Shown here one piece after another: positions 18,074 to 27,768 of a DNA stretch of 64,000 bases. The position numbers and the translations under genes are program-made. This stretch comes from Minisyncoccota bacterium (GTDB taxonomy: Bacteria; Patescibacteriota; Minisyncoccia; Phycocordibacterales; Zambryskibacteraceae), in assembly GCA_036517475.1 (NCBI GenBank), contig DATDVZ010000010.1:15338-79337 (forward strand), in the 5' to 3' direction. The number at the start of each line of letters is the position of its first letter. The stretch's first letter is position 1. The notes below the pieces were generated by a model that made no database searches, was not told the origin of the DNA, and saw nothing but the letters and a program-made list of their open reading frames with translations.

Positions 18074-19513
18074 TGACCAATTTAAAACTGTGTCTTGTAT
18101 CTGAAAACTCATAGTCTTGACTTGTTTTGCCATTAAGCCAGGTAAAGAATCTGCCTGTGTTACTGATGTAAGCCAAGGATTATCATTCATAGCATTTCTC
18201 ACCCCAATAGGAACATTCGGTCCGTACCAATCATTACCTCCGGGGTCTATTTCATCAAACCACTCTCCATCGCATATTCCATTTGGCGCCAAATTCCCTC
18301 CAAACATGATGTCACTGCAATTATCGGTTGTATGGCCAGGATTCAGATTGTCATGATTTGGGGCGTTTTGGTCGACAAATTGTATCGTGTGAAAATATTC
18401 ATGGATTAAGGTAGTGCTTTTAGCGGGGTGAATAATCTGAGGACACTCATCACCACTACCCGTAATAATTGCCCCCCACCACGCAGCAACTCCGCCATGA
18501 CCAGCTGGATTGATACCTTGATAGAAGATCATCTGCTTTACTGAATCTCTTATCAGGTTGTAAGACTTCAGCTCATTATGTATGACTCCAAAGGCATTAC
18601 TTTCGCCCGGACCCATAATTTCAGAATGAGAGTATTTTGATTGAAAGAAAAGTATATCAAACTGACCCCCAAAAAGGTCAAATTCAATAGTCTTTCCTAT
18701 ACCATACTTTTGAATTGACTTATTTGCCAGCCAGAACCTTGCATTCTGAATGACCACCCTTAAATATCCAGTTGTATCTAGACCACAATCGGTTGCACCT
18801 CGTGGCAAAAGATAAATAACTTTTGCCATATGGTGGCTTAAAACAGGACTATCCATGCGATTCTTCGTTACCCTCTTTTCAGGAGAGGGGGGCGCAGATA
18901 CAGTCACTTTTATTGTGTCTTCAACAAATCCGTTGTTATTTACACAGCGGATAATGTATAAGCTGGTGGTATCGGGCGAGAACTTCTCTATCAGGGGAGG
19001 ATTTTTTGCACCACTCCAACCACCAGAAGCATTGCAATATAGCGAGTACTGAGCCTCAAGTTCAATTGTTGCCGAATCTGTAATTGAAAAAGCTATTGAA
19101 ACGGGGGTTGCCGTGAATTTTACGATAACAGGCAATTGCGGAGGGGGTGCCACCAAAACCTCCGAACTTGCAGTCGCACTAAGACCTTCCCTTTCAACTT
19201 TTGCAACAATCTTATGGCTACCTTGATTAAACGTCCGTGCAGTGGAATAAAGACTGTTTTCAGAAATCGTATCCACTTCAAATGTCTGTCCGTTATTGAA
19301 ACTTACAAGATAACGGACAGGTCCTTTAGCCGTGCCACCGACAGAGACACCGACATTTACAGAAAGTGGTTCATTCCCGGATTGGGTTGAAAGACTAATT
19401 AAAGCGGATAGAGTTAGGGGAGGTGGAGGCGGGGGTAAGATGATTTCTCCACCGCCACAGGCCGCAAGTGCCAATGCACTTACGGCAATGAAACTGCTCT
19501 GCCGTTTGTGCAT
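18059..19513 (-). CDS. lipoprotein with C-terminal HEXXH zinc-metalloprotease-like domain
   Basis: 484 aa; lipobox LALAACGGG, poly-Pro linker, Ig-like beta region, HEYFH motif. GC visibly above local average. Confidence 0.5.
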   Translation of the reverse strand: MHKRQSSFIAVSALALAACGGGEIILPPPPPPLTLSALISLSTQSGNEPLSVNVGVSVGGTAKGPVRYLVSFNNGQTFEVDTISENSLYSTARTFNQGSHKIVAKVEREGLSATASSEVLVAPPPQLPVIVKFTATPVSIAFSITDSATIELEAQYSLYCNASGGWSGAKNPPLIEKFSPDTTSLYIIRCVNNNGFVEDTIKVTVSAPPSPEKRVTKNRMDSPVLSHHMAKVIYLLPRGATDCGLDTTGYLRVVIQNARFWLANKSIQKYGIGKTIEFDLFGGQFDILFFQSKYSHSEIMGPGESNAFGVIHNELKSYNLIRDSVKQMIFYQGINPAGHGGVAAWWGAIITGSGDECPQIIHPAKSTTLIHEYFHTIQFVDQNAPNHDNLNPGHTTDNCSDIMFGGNLAPNGICDGEWFDEIDPGGNDWYGPNVPIGVRNAMNDNPWLTSVTQADSLPGLMAKQVKTMSFQIQDTVLNWSKPIK

Positions 19514-19714
19514 TTTTTTCTCCTATGTCAAAGAACTACGGGGGTTCTCAAAATCTATTCTAATTGTCCAACTTTGAGATGAATTAATCAAGAATTGACA
19601 ATTTATTAAAATGATTTGAAATTTTAAATTCAAAAATTATCTTGTACAGAAGTTAATCCACAATTATCAGTAGTAAACTGAAATTTATGATAAAATATGA
19701 CTAATTATTCTAAA

Positions 19715-19742
19715 AGCTTACAGCTTGTAGCTAAAAGCTGAC
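19715..19742 (+). repeat. four tandem heptamers AGCTNNN (agcttac agcttgt agctaaa agctgac) ending 5 nt before the ATG of the 19748 gene
   Basis: same family as 4884-4911. Confidence 0.6.
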
Positions 19743-19747
19743 ATAAT

Positions 19748-20275
19748 ATGCCCCCAGAAAATAATTCCAATTCATCATCTAACAAAAAACTGATTACTTT
19801 GGTCGTTGTTTTTGTCGTATTAATCGCATTGGCATTTCTAATGTTAAAAAGTACCCCCCAAACAGTTACTGATACAGGAACATCTGATCAGGTAACCAGG
19901 GAAAGTGTGAAATTTGAACAGGTTAACTTAGAGGGGGTAATAAGTGAAGAAGAAAAATTGCCTTCCGGCTTTCCAAGAGACATCCCTATTGAAACAAAAG
20001 AAATATTTATAAGCGACACGAAAGTTTATACTGACAGAACTCCAAACGTAACTCTTTATACAGTAAATTACAGAACAGACAAAAGTGTTTCCGTAAAATA
20101 TTCGGAATATTTAAACTACATGACTAAGGCTCTATACTCTTTTGAACAAAACGGTAAAGATGAAAAAAATCATGCACTATACGGTTCCAAAAGTGGAAAC
20201 ACACTCTTAGTTGCTATTTCCAACACTGAAGGTAAAACTGTAGTACAAATTGTTTATACAAAGATAGGTAACTAA
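19748..20275 (+). CDS. membrane-anchored hypothetical protein
   Basis: 175 aa, N-terminal TM (LITLVVVFVVLIALAFLML). Confidence 0.35.
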   Translation: MPPENNSNSSSNKKLITLVVVFVVLIALAFLMLKSTPQTVTDTGTSDQVTRESVKFEQVNLEGVISEEEKLPSGFPRDIPIETKEIFISDTKVYTDRTPNVTLYTVNYRTDKSVSVKYSEYLNYMTKALYSFEQNGKDEKNHALYGSKSGNTLLVAISNTEGKTVVQIVYTKIGN

Positions 20276-20279
20276 AACA

Positions 20280-23200
20280 ATGACTAAAAAAAAATCTATA
20301 AAGAAACCAGAAAGGTTCTCTCGACTAAATTTATTTTTCCTATCAGCTTCTTTATTTATAATTCTAGGAATTATCCCTGGTGCAAAGACTGATGCCCAAG
20401 CAAATGTTCGATTTGATGTGGTTGCAACTTCAGTAAATGACCTTGTAACTGCAAAAAGTAGTAGTCCCGGAACATCTTTCACATCAAACGGGATTTCGGG
20501 AACAACAGGAAGATTAATCACACCAAATGGATCGATAACAATAAGCCTTACACCTGAACAAGCGCTTCCAAACGGTTGGGAATGGCACCTTCTATGGGGA
20601 GATGGTGGACCGATACTGGCAAATAGTTCAACACCTCTGCCTGCAAATGCGGCGACAACTCCTGGCTGGCCTGGATACCCCGCATATGTTGACGCAAGTA
20701 CCCCAGGAACTCCCGGAAGTCCTGGCTTTAGCCCGCAATGTTCTGACAACTCCGATAACGATAACAACAGTTTAACTGATTATCCAAATGACCCAGGCTG
20801 TTTAGACCCAGAAGACAATGATGAAAGCGGTGGGGCAGCAAGTTTTAAATGGTTTAAACCCAAAAATGTATATGCTCAAACTTCTCAAACATTTACATTC
20901 AATATTTCAGGTCTTGATACAAGCCGCTTTTATTCCTTCGCTGTAGAACTTTGCGAACCACCAGGAATAACAACTTGCGGACAGATAGCTTGGGTAAGAG
21001 TAGGCGGACTTGATTTGAGAGGAACTTTAAATCAAACTGACTGGCAAAATTTTAATTTTTCAAATTATTCAAACGGACCAATAAGCGTGTCAGGAGATAA
21101 CTTGTATTTAGGTTCAGTGTGGGGTTCACCTGATGTCAGTTCTTGTCAATTAGTAAGTCCTTATAATACCAACTGGACAGTAAACTCATTCGGGGGGCCT
21201 GATTTGCAAAGATCACTTGGTCTACCATACTTTCCATCAACTTCAGGAAGTACTTACACTGTCATATGCACTTTTACTGATGGTGATGATGTTGCAGATA
21301 GTTTAACTGCAACAGATGCTGCTACAGCAACGATAAATGTAAACCAGCTTTGTACTAACGCTCAACCTGTATCATCCGGCGGCAGTTGGACTCTTAATCC
21401 AAGCGGACAAACTGGAGTTACAAATGCAGTTGTTCCCGGGACATACAATCTCACAGTTAACACACTACCTTCAAATGCCCTGTCAGTTTCATCCGTTACA
21501 AGCTCTGATGGGGGAAACAGCTTAAACATAATTTCCGGCCAGACTAAATCTTTTACAATCAATTACATCTGTATTCCTCCTTCCAATAATCCACCGGATG
21601 CTTATGCCGGACCCGATAAATTCATAACTTTACCAACTTCTTCTTCAGCCCCCACAGGAACATCGGCAACAGATTCAGACGGAACTATTTCAAGTACAGT
21701 CTGGACTAAAATTTCCGGTCCGTCGGCAACAATTACAAACGGAAATACTTTAAATCCCACATTCTCAAACATGAGTAGTGTCGGAACATATGTCTTCCAA
21801 TTAACAGTAACTGATAATGGAAGCCCGGCGCTTACAGATACTGATGATATGCAAGTTGTTGTCTCTGCAGCCCCAAACATTCCTCCTTCCGTATATGCCG
21901 GTACTGATAAAACAATTACTTTGCCGACAACAACTTCTGCCCCGACCAGCGCTTCAGCAACAGATTCAGATGGAACAATTATAAGCCAAAATTGGACTAA
22001 GATTTCAGGTCCATCTGCAACAATTACAAATGGCTCAACTCTCAATCCGACTTTTTCCAATATGAGCAGCGTCGGAACTTATGTTTTCAGATTAACAGCA
22101 ACAGATGACGATGGGGCTTCAGCTTCTGACGATATGCAGGTTACAGTCAATGACGTTTCACCACCGCCACCACCTGCTGGATTAACGGTCACAACATCTT
22201 CAACATGCGGCGGTTATATTAATGTCAGCTGGAATTCTGCCTCTGGAGCAACTGGCTATAAAATTTACAGAGATGGCAGTGGGTCAGGAATTGATGTTGG
22301 AAATGTTTTGACTTACTCTGATGGACCTTTTGCACTCGGTTCAAGTCACTCCTATAGAGTCACGGCGTATAATTCTGGCGGAGAATCTTCTCAAAGCGGC
22401 TCGCAATCAGGCACAGCTTCGGGAACTTGCAACATCTCTCCCACAGCAAATGCCGGACCAGATAAACCAATACAACTTCCAACAACAACATCGGCTCCAA
22501 CCGGAACATCTGCAACAGATTCAGACGGAACTATTTCAAGCACGGTTTGGAGTAAAGACTCTGGGCCGTCGGCAACAATTACCAATGGAAACACTTTGAA
22601 TCCCACATTCTCCAACATGACTACAGCTGGAACATATGTTTTCCGCCTGACTGTTACGGATAATCAAGGTTCGCAAGGATTTGATACTATGCAGGTGGTG
22701 GTGTCTCCGGCGGGCAACATCTCTCCCACAGCAAATGCCGGACCAGATAAATTCATAACTTTACCAACTTCTTCTTCAGCCCCCACTGGCACTTCCGCTA
22801 CTGATTCTGATGGAACGATTACAAGCACCGTTTGGAGTAAAATTTCGGGACCCTCAGCTACTATTTCCAATGGTTCAAGTTTGAGCCCAACATTTTCAAA
22901 TATGAATACTGTTGGAACTTACGTTTTCAGATTAACAGCAACAGATGATGATGGGGCATCGGCAACTAACGATATGCAAGTAGTTGTTTCTGCTGCAGCA
23001 AATGCTCCGCCATCAGCAAATGCCGGACCAGATAAATCAATACAACTTCCGACAAGCACATCAGCACCAACCGGAACTTCTGCGACTGACTCTGACAGCA
23101 CAATTTCAAGTACAGTCTGGACTAAAATTTCCGGTCCGTCGGCAACAATTACAAACGGAAGTACTTTAAATCCCACATTCTCAAACATGAGTAGTGTCGG

Positions 23201-24407
23201 AACATATGTATTCCGATTAACAGTAACTGATAATGGAAGCCCAGCGCTTACAGACACTGACGATATGCAGGTTGTAGTTACTCAATCAACGATAACAGTA
23301 ACAGAAAATGGTGGAGCTGGTGGTACTTGGACAATTAATCCAGGGGGCTATACTGGGGGAAATAACACAGTTACTCCCGCCGCAGCTCCAGGGGGAACAA
23401 CCTACACATTAACAGTTAATAGCGTGCCGGCGGGAAAAACTGTTTCTTCAATTACCTCAACTGATGGTGGCAACTCCCTGAATTTAATTCCTGGACAGAC
23501 GAAAAATTTCACAATCAATTACGGCAGTAACGCCGCACCCACTGCAAATGCTGGACCAGATAAGCCAATTACCCTCCCGACAACAACTTCTGCCCCAACA
23601 GGAACATCTGCTACTGACTCTGATGGAACAATAGCAAGTACAATCTGGAGTTTTCAGGGGGGACCGGGGCCGACTCCGACAATTACAAATGGTTCTACTC
23701 TTAACCCATCATTTTCTGGTATGACTGTAGCAGGAACTTATACTTTCCGTCTGACAGCAACCGATAATCTGGGTGCCACAGGGTCGGATAACATGAATGT
23801 TGTAGTATCTTCTCCGCCTTTTAACTATTCACTTTCAAATAATGGCCCGATAACAATTGTTAAGGGTGGCTCACAGGGCCAAGTTACAATAACTAAAACT
23901 TTAAGTAGCGGCACTGGCCAGAACGTAACCTTAACTGCAACAGGACAACCCGCAGATGTGTCAGTAACATATCCAAATCAGGATTGTGCTCCGACTTGTT
24001 CTGGTTTTGTGACATTTCAAGTCCCCGCTGGTTCCTCTGATAGCCCCGGTCCTTACACCATTACAGTTACTGGACAACCCCTTGGAAAAACTACAATTTT
24101 CAATCTTACAATAAACAATCCAGCCAATGTAACAATCTCACCGTGTAACTCTTTGGGATGCCCGAGTGGAGGCGGACTTATTGGAGACCCAAACACATTT
24201 ACAGCAAATCCAGTGGGGTGCAGTTCTTATACATGGAGCGGAACTGATTTACCAACATCCCCGGCCCCAACAGGCAACCCCCTAAGTTGGACTTATCAGA
24301 CTACTGGCCTTAAAACCATAACAGTTGATACAGTATGTAGTGGAGTACCACGCCAAGGCCAGACAACATTACAGATAAATGTGAATCCATTGTTTAGAGA
24401 ATTTTGA
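20280..24407 (+). CDS. giant secreted surface protein with 7 PKD-type repeats and one FN3 domain
   Basis: 1375 aa; signal peptide; repeated AGPDKxIxLPTxxSAPTGTSATDSDGTIxSTVWxKISGPSATITNGxTLNPTFSNMxxxGTYVFRLTVTDxxG units; FN3 at about 22160-22430. Stop TGA is followed by a terminator. Confidence 0.75.
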   Translation: MTKKKSIKKPERFSRLNLFFLSASLFIILGIIPGAKTDAQANVRFDVVATSVNDLVTAKSSSPGTSFTSNGISGTTGRLITPNGSITISLTPEQALPNGWEWHLLWGDGGPILANSSTPLPANAATTPGWPGYPAYVDASTPGTPGSPGFSPQCSDNSDNDNNSLTDYPNDPGCLDPEDNDESGGAASFKWFKPKNVYAQTSQTFTFNISGLDTSRFYSFAVELCEPPGITTCGQIAWVRVGGLDLRGTLNQTDWQNFNFSNYSNGPISVSGDNLYLGSVWGSPDVSSCQLVSPYNTNWTVNSFGGPDLQRSLGLPYFPSTSGSTYTVICTFTDGDDVADSLTATDAATATINVNQLCTNAQPVSSGGSWTLNPSGQTGVTNAVVPGTYNLTVNTLPSNALSVSSVTSSDGGNSLNIISGQTKSFTINYICIPPSNNPPDAYAGPDKFITLPTSSSAPTGTSATDSDGTISSTVWTKISGPSATITNGNTLNPTFSNMSSVGTYVFQLTVTDNGSPALTDTDDMQVVVSAAPNIPPSVYAGTDKTITLPTTTSAPTSASATDSDGTIISQNWTKISGPSATITNGSTLNPTFSNMSSVGTYVFRLTATDDDGASASDDMQVTVNDVSPPPPPAGLTVTTSSTCGGYINVSWNSASGATGYKIYRDGSGSGIDVGNVLTYSDGPFALGSSHSYRVTAYNSGGESSQSGSQSGTASGTCNISPTANAGPDKPIQLPTTTSAPTGTSATDSDGTISSTVWSKDSGPSATITNGNTLNPTFSNMTTAGTYVFRLTVTDNQGSQGFDTMQVVVSPAGNISPTANAGPDKFITLPTSSSAPTGTSATDSDGTITSTVWSKISGPSATISNGSSLSPTFSNMNTVGTYVFRLTATDDDGASATNDMQVVVSAAANAPPSANAGPDKSIQLPTSTSAPTGTSATDSDSTISSTVWTKISGPSATITNGSTLNPTFSNMSSVGTYVFRLTVTDNGSPALTDTDDMQVVVTQSTITVTENGGAGGTWTINPGGYTGGNNTVTPAAAPGGTTYTLTVNSVPAGKTVSSITSTDGGNSLNLIPGQTKNFTINYGSNAAPTANAGPDKPITLPTTTSAPTGTSATDSDGTIASTIWSFQGGPGPTPTITNGSTLNPSFSGMTVAGTYTFRLTATDNLGATGSDNMNVVVSSPPFNYSLSNNGPITIVKGGSQGQVTITKTLSSGTGQNVTLTATGQPADVSVTYPNQDCAPTCSGFVTFQVPAGSSDSPGPYTITVTGQPLGKTTIFNLTINNPANVTISPCNSLGCPSGGGLIGDPNTFTANPVGCSSYTWSGTDLPTSPAPTGNPLSWTYQTTGLKTITVDTVCSGVPRQGQTTLQINVNPLFREF
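21590..23810 (+). repeat. intragenic tandem repeat region (about 280-bp PKD units). Units 21706-21870 and 23123-23285 are about 95% identical.
   Basis: seen directly at DNA and protein level. Confidence 0.8.
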
Positions 24408-24408
24408 G

Positions 24409-24445
24409 CGAGGACACATAATAACTTTCCATCAGGAAAGTTATT
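24409..24445 (+). terminator. perfect 13-bp stem hairpin (ataataactttcc atcag ggaaagttattat) after the adhesin gene
   Basis: seen directly. Confidence 0.6.
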
Positions 24446-24497
24446 ATGTTTGCGGTATTGTCCGAGCTCACCCTGTCAAATAAAATCAAATTCAAAT

Positions 24498-24761
24498 ATG
24501 GGTAGATATTATTATGTGTATGCCCTGCTATCAAAAAAAGATAAAAAATTCTATACTGGTTACACAAATAATTTGATTTTAAGATTTGAGCAACATCAAC
24601 TCGGTCGGGTTGAATCAACGAAATTACGTGGGCCATTTATTCCTGTATATTATGAGGCATGCTTAAGCAAGAAGGATGCTATTCATTGAGAAAGATACTT
24701 GATAACCACATACGGTAAAAGATATCTAAGAAACAGGCTCAAATCTTATTTGACAGGGTAA
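24498..24761 (+). pseudogene. GIY-YIG nuclease family gene with in-frame TGA at 24687-24689 (likely CGA to TGA); reading frame and conserved C-terminus continue to TAA at 24759
   Basis: MGRYYYVYALLSKKDKKFYTGYTNNLILRFEQH...YYEACLSKKDAIH-TGA-ERYLITTYGKRYLRNRLKSYLTG. The C-terminal ERY.KTT.GK..LR motif is typical of this family. Confidence 0.5.
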
Positions 24762-26513
24762 ATGCACATTGAAGAAAAACAACTGAAAGAATTTATTCTT
24801 GATTCGGGACTTGTGTCTCGAAGCCAGATTGATGCGGCGGAAAAAGAGGCAAAAGCAAAAAAACAAAGCGTGGGTAAAATTCTGGTAAGTCAGGGCAAAA
24901 TTACAGAGGACGACCTAAGAAGAATCCAGGCCTATATACTTGGAATCCCCTTCGTTGACCTCAAGACCACTCATACTGATTTTGAAACCCTCTCCCTTAT
25001 ACCCGAGCCGATTGCAAGAAGCCATAATATTATCGCTTTCCGCAGGAAAGATGATTCTCTAGAAGTTGCCATGCTTGAAATTGAGGATTTGGCAGCAATT
25101 GATTTTATCCGGAAAAAAACAGGACTCAAAATTCTGCCCCGTCTTACTGACACTGAGTCAATAAAAAGCGCGCTTCTCTCATATCAAAAATCCCTTAAAG
25201 CAGAGTTCGGCGATATTATTGAAAAAGAGGTTGGATCAATAAAAAATCTCAAGGTCGGAACAGATGAAGACTTAAATGAAGTTGATTTAAAAAAACTTGC
25301 CGAAGATATTCCTGTTGTCCGCATAGTAGATACGCTGCTCAAGCATGCCATCATTCAGGATGCTTCAGATATCCATATTGAACCTCAAGAAAAAGAGGTA
25401 TTGGTACGTTATCGTATTGACGGAATTTTGCGTGATGCTATGGTCTTGCCCAAAAATACAGCGGGAGCAATAACTGCAAGAATAAAAGTCCTTGCAAATT
25501 TAAAGCTAGATGAAAAAAGAATCCCGCAGGACGGCAGATTTAAAATAGATACCAGCAGTGAAAGAGTTTCGCTTCGAGTTTCTACTCTGCCTACATATTT
25601 CGGTGAAAAAACAGTCATGAGACTTCTGCGCGAGGGTTCTTCAGGATTTACTCTTGAAGCTTTGGGCTTCCATGGTGATGGTCTTGAGAAATTGCATAAG
25701 GCGGTCAAACTTGCAAATGGCATGATTTTAACAACTGGCCCGACAGGTTGCGGTAAAACTACAACTCTTTACACCCTCCTTGATATTTTAAACACTCCGG
25801 ACGTCAATATTTCCACAATTGAAGATCCTATTGAATATCAGATTCAAAGAATTAACCAGACACAAGTTAAACCTGAAATTGGTTTTACTTTTGCAACAGG
25901 ATTAAGAACCCTTGTCCGTCAGGATCCAGATATAATCATGGTTGGAGAAATCAGAGATACCGAGACGGCCGCCCTTGCGGTAAATGCGGCCCTGACCGGA
26001 CATTTGGTCTTATCGTCTCTGCATACCAACTCCGCCGCCGGAACAATAGCGCGTTTAATTGATATGAAAATTGAGCCGTTTCTCCTGACTTCCACGCTTT
26101 CAGTTATTGTTGCCCAACGTCTTATCAGGCGTCTTTCTGAAACTAAAGAAAAATATTTTATGTCAAAAGAGGAAATCGACTCCCTTTCCAAAATTGTTGA
26201 TCTTGAAAGAGTTATGCGTTTTCTGAAAGAAGAAAAGATAGTAACTAAAAACACCGAATGGCAGGAAATACCAGTTTACAAACCGATTCCTTCATCAGAA
26301 AGTGAGGATGGTTATAAATCTAGAATCGGCATCCACGAGGTTTTGGTCGTAAGCCAATCAGCGCGTGACCTTATTATGAAAGGAGTTACCACAGAAGAAT
26401 TAGAAGAGCAAGCAAAAAAAGAGGGGATGCTTACAATGCTTGAAGATGGAGTATTCAAAGTAGTTCAAGGTATTACAACAGTGGAGGAAGTTTTGAGGGT
26501 AGTTTCAGAATAG
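24762..26513 (+). CDS. pilB: type IV pilus assembly ATPase PilB (GspE family)
   Basis: 583 aa; N-terminal T2SE_N-like domain, Walker A TGPTGCGKTTTL, Asp/His boxes. Confidence 0.9.
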   Translation: MHIEEKQLKEFILDSGLVSRSQIDAAEKEAKAKKQSVGKILVSQGKITEDDLRRIQAYILGIPFVDLKTTHTDFETLSLIPEPIARSHNIIAFRRKDDSLEVAMLEIEDLAAIDFIRKKTGLKILPRLTDTESIKSALLSYQKSLKAEFGDIIEKEVGSIKNLKVGTDEDLNEVDLKKLAEDIPVVRIVDTLLKHAIIQDASDIHIEPQEKEVLVRYRIDGILRDAMVLPKNTAGAITARIKVLANLKLDEKRIPQDGRFKIDTSSERVSLRVSTLPTYFGEKTVMRLLREGSSGFTLEALGFHGDGLEKLHKAVKLANGMILTTGPTGCGKTTTLYTLLDILNTPDVNISTIEDPIEYQIQRINQTQVKPEIGFTFATGLRTLVRQDPDIIMVGEIRDTETAALAVNAALTGHLVLSSLHTNSAAGTIARLIDMKIEPFLLTSTLSVIVAQRLIRRLSETKEKYFMSKEEIDSLSKIVDLERVMRFLKEEKIVTKNTEWQEIPVYKPIPSSESEDGYKSRIGIHEVLVVSQSARDLIMKGVTTEELEEQAKKEGMLTMLEDGVFKVVQGITTVEEVLRVVSE

Positions 26514-26541
26514 CTAAAATTTTAATTTAAATTTTAATATC

Positions 26542-27759
26542 GTGGCAATATACAAATTTAAGGCAATAGGAAAAGAAGGAAAAACTTACGAGAGTACGAT
26601 TGAAGCAACTGATCGTGCCGCAGTATTTGAGAAAATAAAAAAGGATGGCGGAACGATCCTATATCTTGATGAGATAAAATCAAAAGTAAATCCTCTTTCA
26701 AAAATATTTTCCCAGTTTTCAACAATAAAAACGTATGAAAAAATTACTTTTGCTAGAAACCTTGGATCAATGATTGAGGCGGGTCTTTCAGTCACACGTG
26801 CTCTAGGAGTTATGGAAAAACAAACTAAAAACAAAAAACTTAAGGAGCTCCTTAACAAAGTCTACGATGACATTTCACATGGTAAAAATTTAAGTGAGGC
26901 CTTAAGAAATTTTCAGAAAGTTTTTTCACCGCTTTTTATCTCAATGGTTAAGGCTGGAGAAGAGAGCGGCAATCTGGCTCAATCTTTAAAAATCATATCT
27001 TTGCAGATGGAGCGTTCCTATGCATTAGTAAGAAAAGTTCGTGGCGCCCTAATCTATCCTGCAGTGATAATTTCAGTTATGATCGTAATCGGTATTCTTA
27101 TGATGATTTATATGGTTCCTACTCTTTCTGCGACCTTTCAAGGTCTGGGAATTGATTTGCCTCTTACAACTAGAATAATAATTTCAATAAGTGATTTCTT
27201 GAGATATAAATTCTTGCTATTCATTAGCATTGTGGTTGTAATCGCACTTGGAACCATACTTTTCTTCAGAAGTGTGAAGGGTAGAAGGATTTTTGATTTT
27301 CTGGTTATAAGATTGCCGCTTGTTGGATCTCTTGTACGCGAAGTTAATGCCGCTAGAACCGCCAGAACTCTTTCTTCGCTCTTATCCTCTGGAGTTGAAG
27401 TGGTGGGAGCGCTATCAGTTACTAGAGATGTGATACAAAACAGTTATTACAAGGAAGTCTTAGGAAAGGCGGAAGTTGTAATTCAAAAAGGAGAACCAAT
27501 ATCATCAATCTTTATCCAAAATGAAAAACTTTATCCCATTTTCGTCGGTGAAATGATTGCGGTGGGGGAAGAAACAGGAAAACTCTCCGACATGCTTCTG
27601 GGGGTTGCAAACTTTTATGAAGAGGAGGTTGATCAAAAAACAAAAAATCTCTCAACTGTCATTGAGCCGGTTTTGATGGTGATAATCGGGGTAGCTGTCG
27701 GAATTTTTGCAATATCAATGCTTATGCCGACATACTCTTTGGTTGATAAAATCGGTTGA
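26542..27759 (+). CDS. pilC: type IV pilus platform protein PilC (GspF family)
   Basis: 405 aa, two GspF repeats, 3 TM. Confidence 0.88.
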   Translation: MAIYKFKAIGKEGKTYESTIEATDRAAVFEKIKKDGGTILYLDEIKSKVNPLSKIFSQFSTIKTYEKITFARNLGSMIEAGLSVTRALGVMEKQTKNKKLKELLNKVYDDISHGKNLSEALRNFQKVFSPLFISMVKAGEESGNLAQSLKIISLQMERSYALVRKVRGALIYPAVIISVMIVIGILMMIYMVPTLSATFQGLGIDLPLTTRIIISISDFLRYKFLLFISIVVVIALGTILFFRSVKGRRIFDFLVIRLPLVGSLVREVNAARTARTLSSLLSSGVEVVGALSVTRDVIQNSYYKEVLGKAEVVIQKGEPISSIFIQNEKLYPIFVGEMIAVGEETGKLSDMLLGVANFYEEEVDQKTKNLSTVIEPVLMVIIGVAVGIFAISMLMPTYSLVDKIG

Positions 27760-27768
27760 TAAAATCCA

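Noticed and set aside
21362-23257. Minus-strand ORFs inside the PKD adhesin gene (21362, 21602, 22391, 22664, 22919) and plus-strand frame-shifted ORFs 22321, 22984
   Set aside because: They are antisense or off-frame translations of the repeat units. Their periodic reappearance mirrors the PKD repeats, not independent genes.
24405-24761. Possibility that TGA is a sense codon (an alternative genetic code, as in some CPR lineages), which would explain the in-frame TGA in the GIY-YIG gene
   Set aside because: The giant adhesin gene ends in TGA immediately followed by a perfect terminator hairpin. pilC ends TGA-TAA. Long conserved genes (nusA, rny, pilB, dnaA, dnaN, PBP1A, recJ) contain no internal TGA. 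The code-4/25 hypothesis is therefore not supported, and a single nonsense mutation or sequencing error is more likely.
27737-27762. 12-bp tandem duplication gttgataaaatc x2 at the pilC stop / pilin start
   Set aside because: A single short duplication without further pattern. Noted only within the pilus finding.
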